From IMG/VR virus record IMGVR_UViG_3300028590_000010: a stretch of 22,731 nucleotides of DNA; one strand, 5' to 3'. Position 1 is the stretch's first letter, and each line of letters begins with the position of its first letter. The notes beneath the pieces were generated by a model that was not told where the DNA came from, ran no database searches, and saw only the letters and a list, made by a program, of their open reading frames with translations. A program made the position numbers and the translations under genes. This DNA comes from an uncultured virus (IMG/VR IMGVR_UViG_3300028590_000010) (Duplodnaviria; Heunggongvirae; Uroviricota; Caudoviricetes). This document shows positions 22,705 to 22,731 of the stretch, in pieces.

Positions 22705-22731
22705 CACACCCCTCCCCGCCCCACCCCTGAC

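Larger units (their letters stand above)
1..22731. mobile_element. Actinobacteriophage/prophage-like early (replication, regulation, accessory) region
   Basis: Dense co-oriented small ORFs with GTGA/ATGA/TGATG overlaps and strong AAGGAG RBSs; P4-family primase-helicase; RecD-like helicase; HicA-like and HTH genes; no housekeeping genes. A plasmid or ICE origin cannot be excluded. Confidence 0.85.

Overview
High-GC (about 68%) actinobacterial phage or prophage-like segment, probably from Streptomyces. About 55 small, tightly packed, translationally coupled genes run on the minus strand from 19445 down to 1. They diverge from a plus-strand RepB'-type primase / P4-family SF3 helicase gene (19727-22450). 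Recognisable products: a vWA-domain protein cut by the left edge, a RecD/Dda-like SF1B helicase with Cys-rich inserts, an RlaP/PF10127-like nucleotidyltransferase whose first catalytic Asp reads Gly, two paralogous HicA-like RNases plus a distant HicB-like domain, many DNA-binding proteins (LuxR, AlpA-like, three XRE paralogues, GntR-like, RHH, HA-domain) and several envelope proteins. The most unusual element is a roughly 500-nt non-coding minus-strand unit (about 1285-1815) between a promoter-like site and a terminator. It holds two tRNA-like domains with intact acceptor stems and T-arms but remodelled D/anticodon/variable regions. No structural, integrase or CRISPR genes were seen. All family assignments are by-eye motif recognition, not database results; most starts were re-called from RBS and stop/start overlaps.
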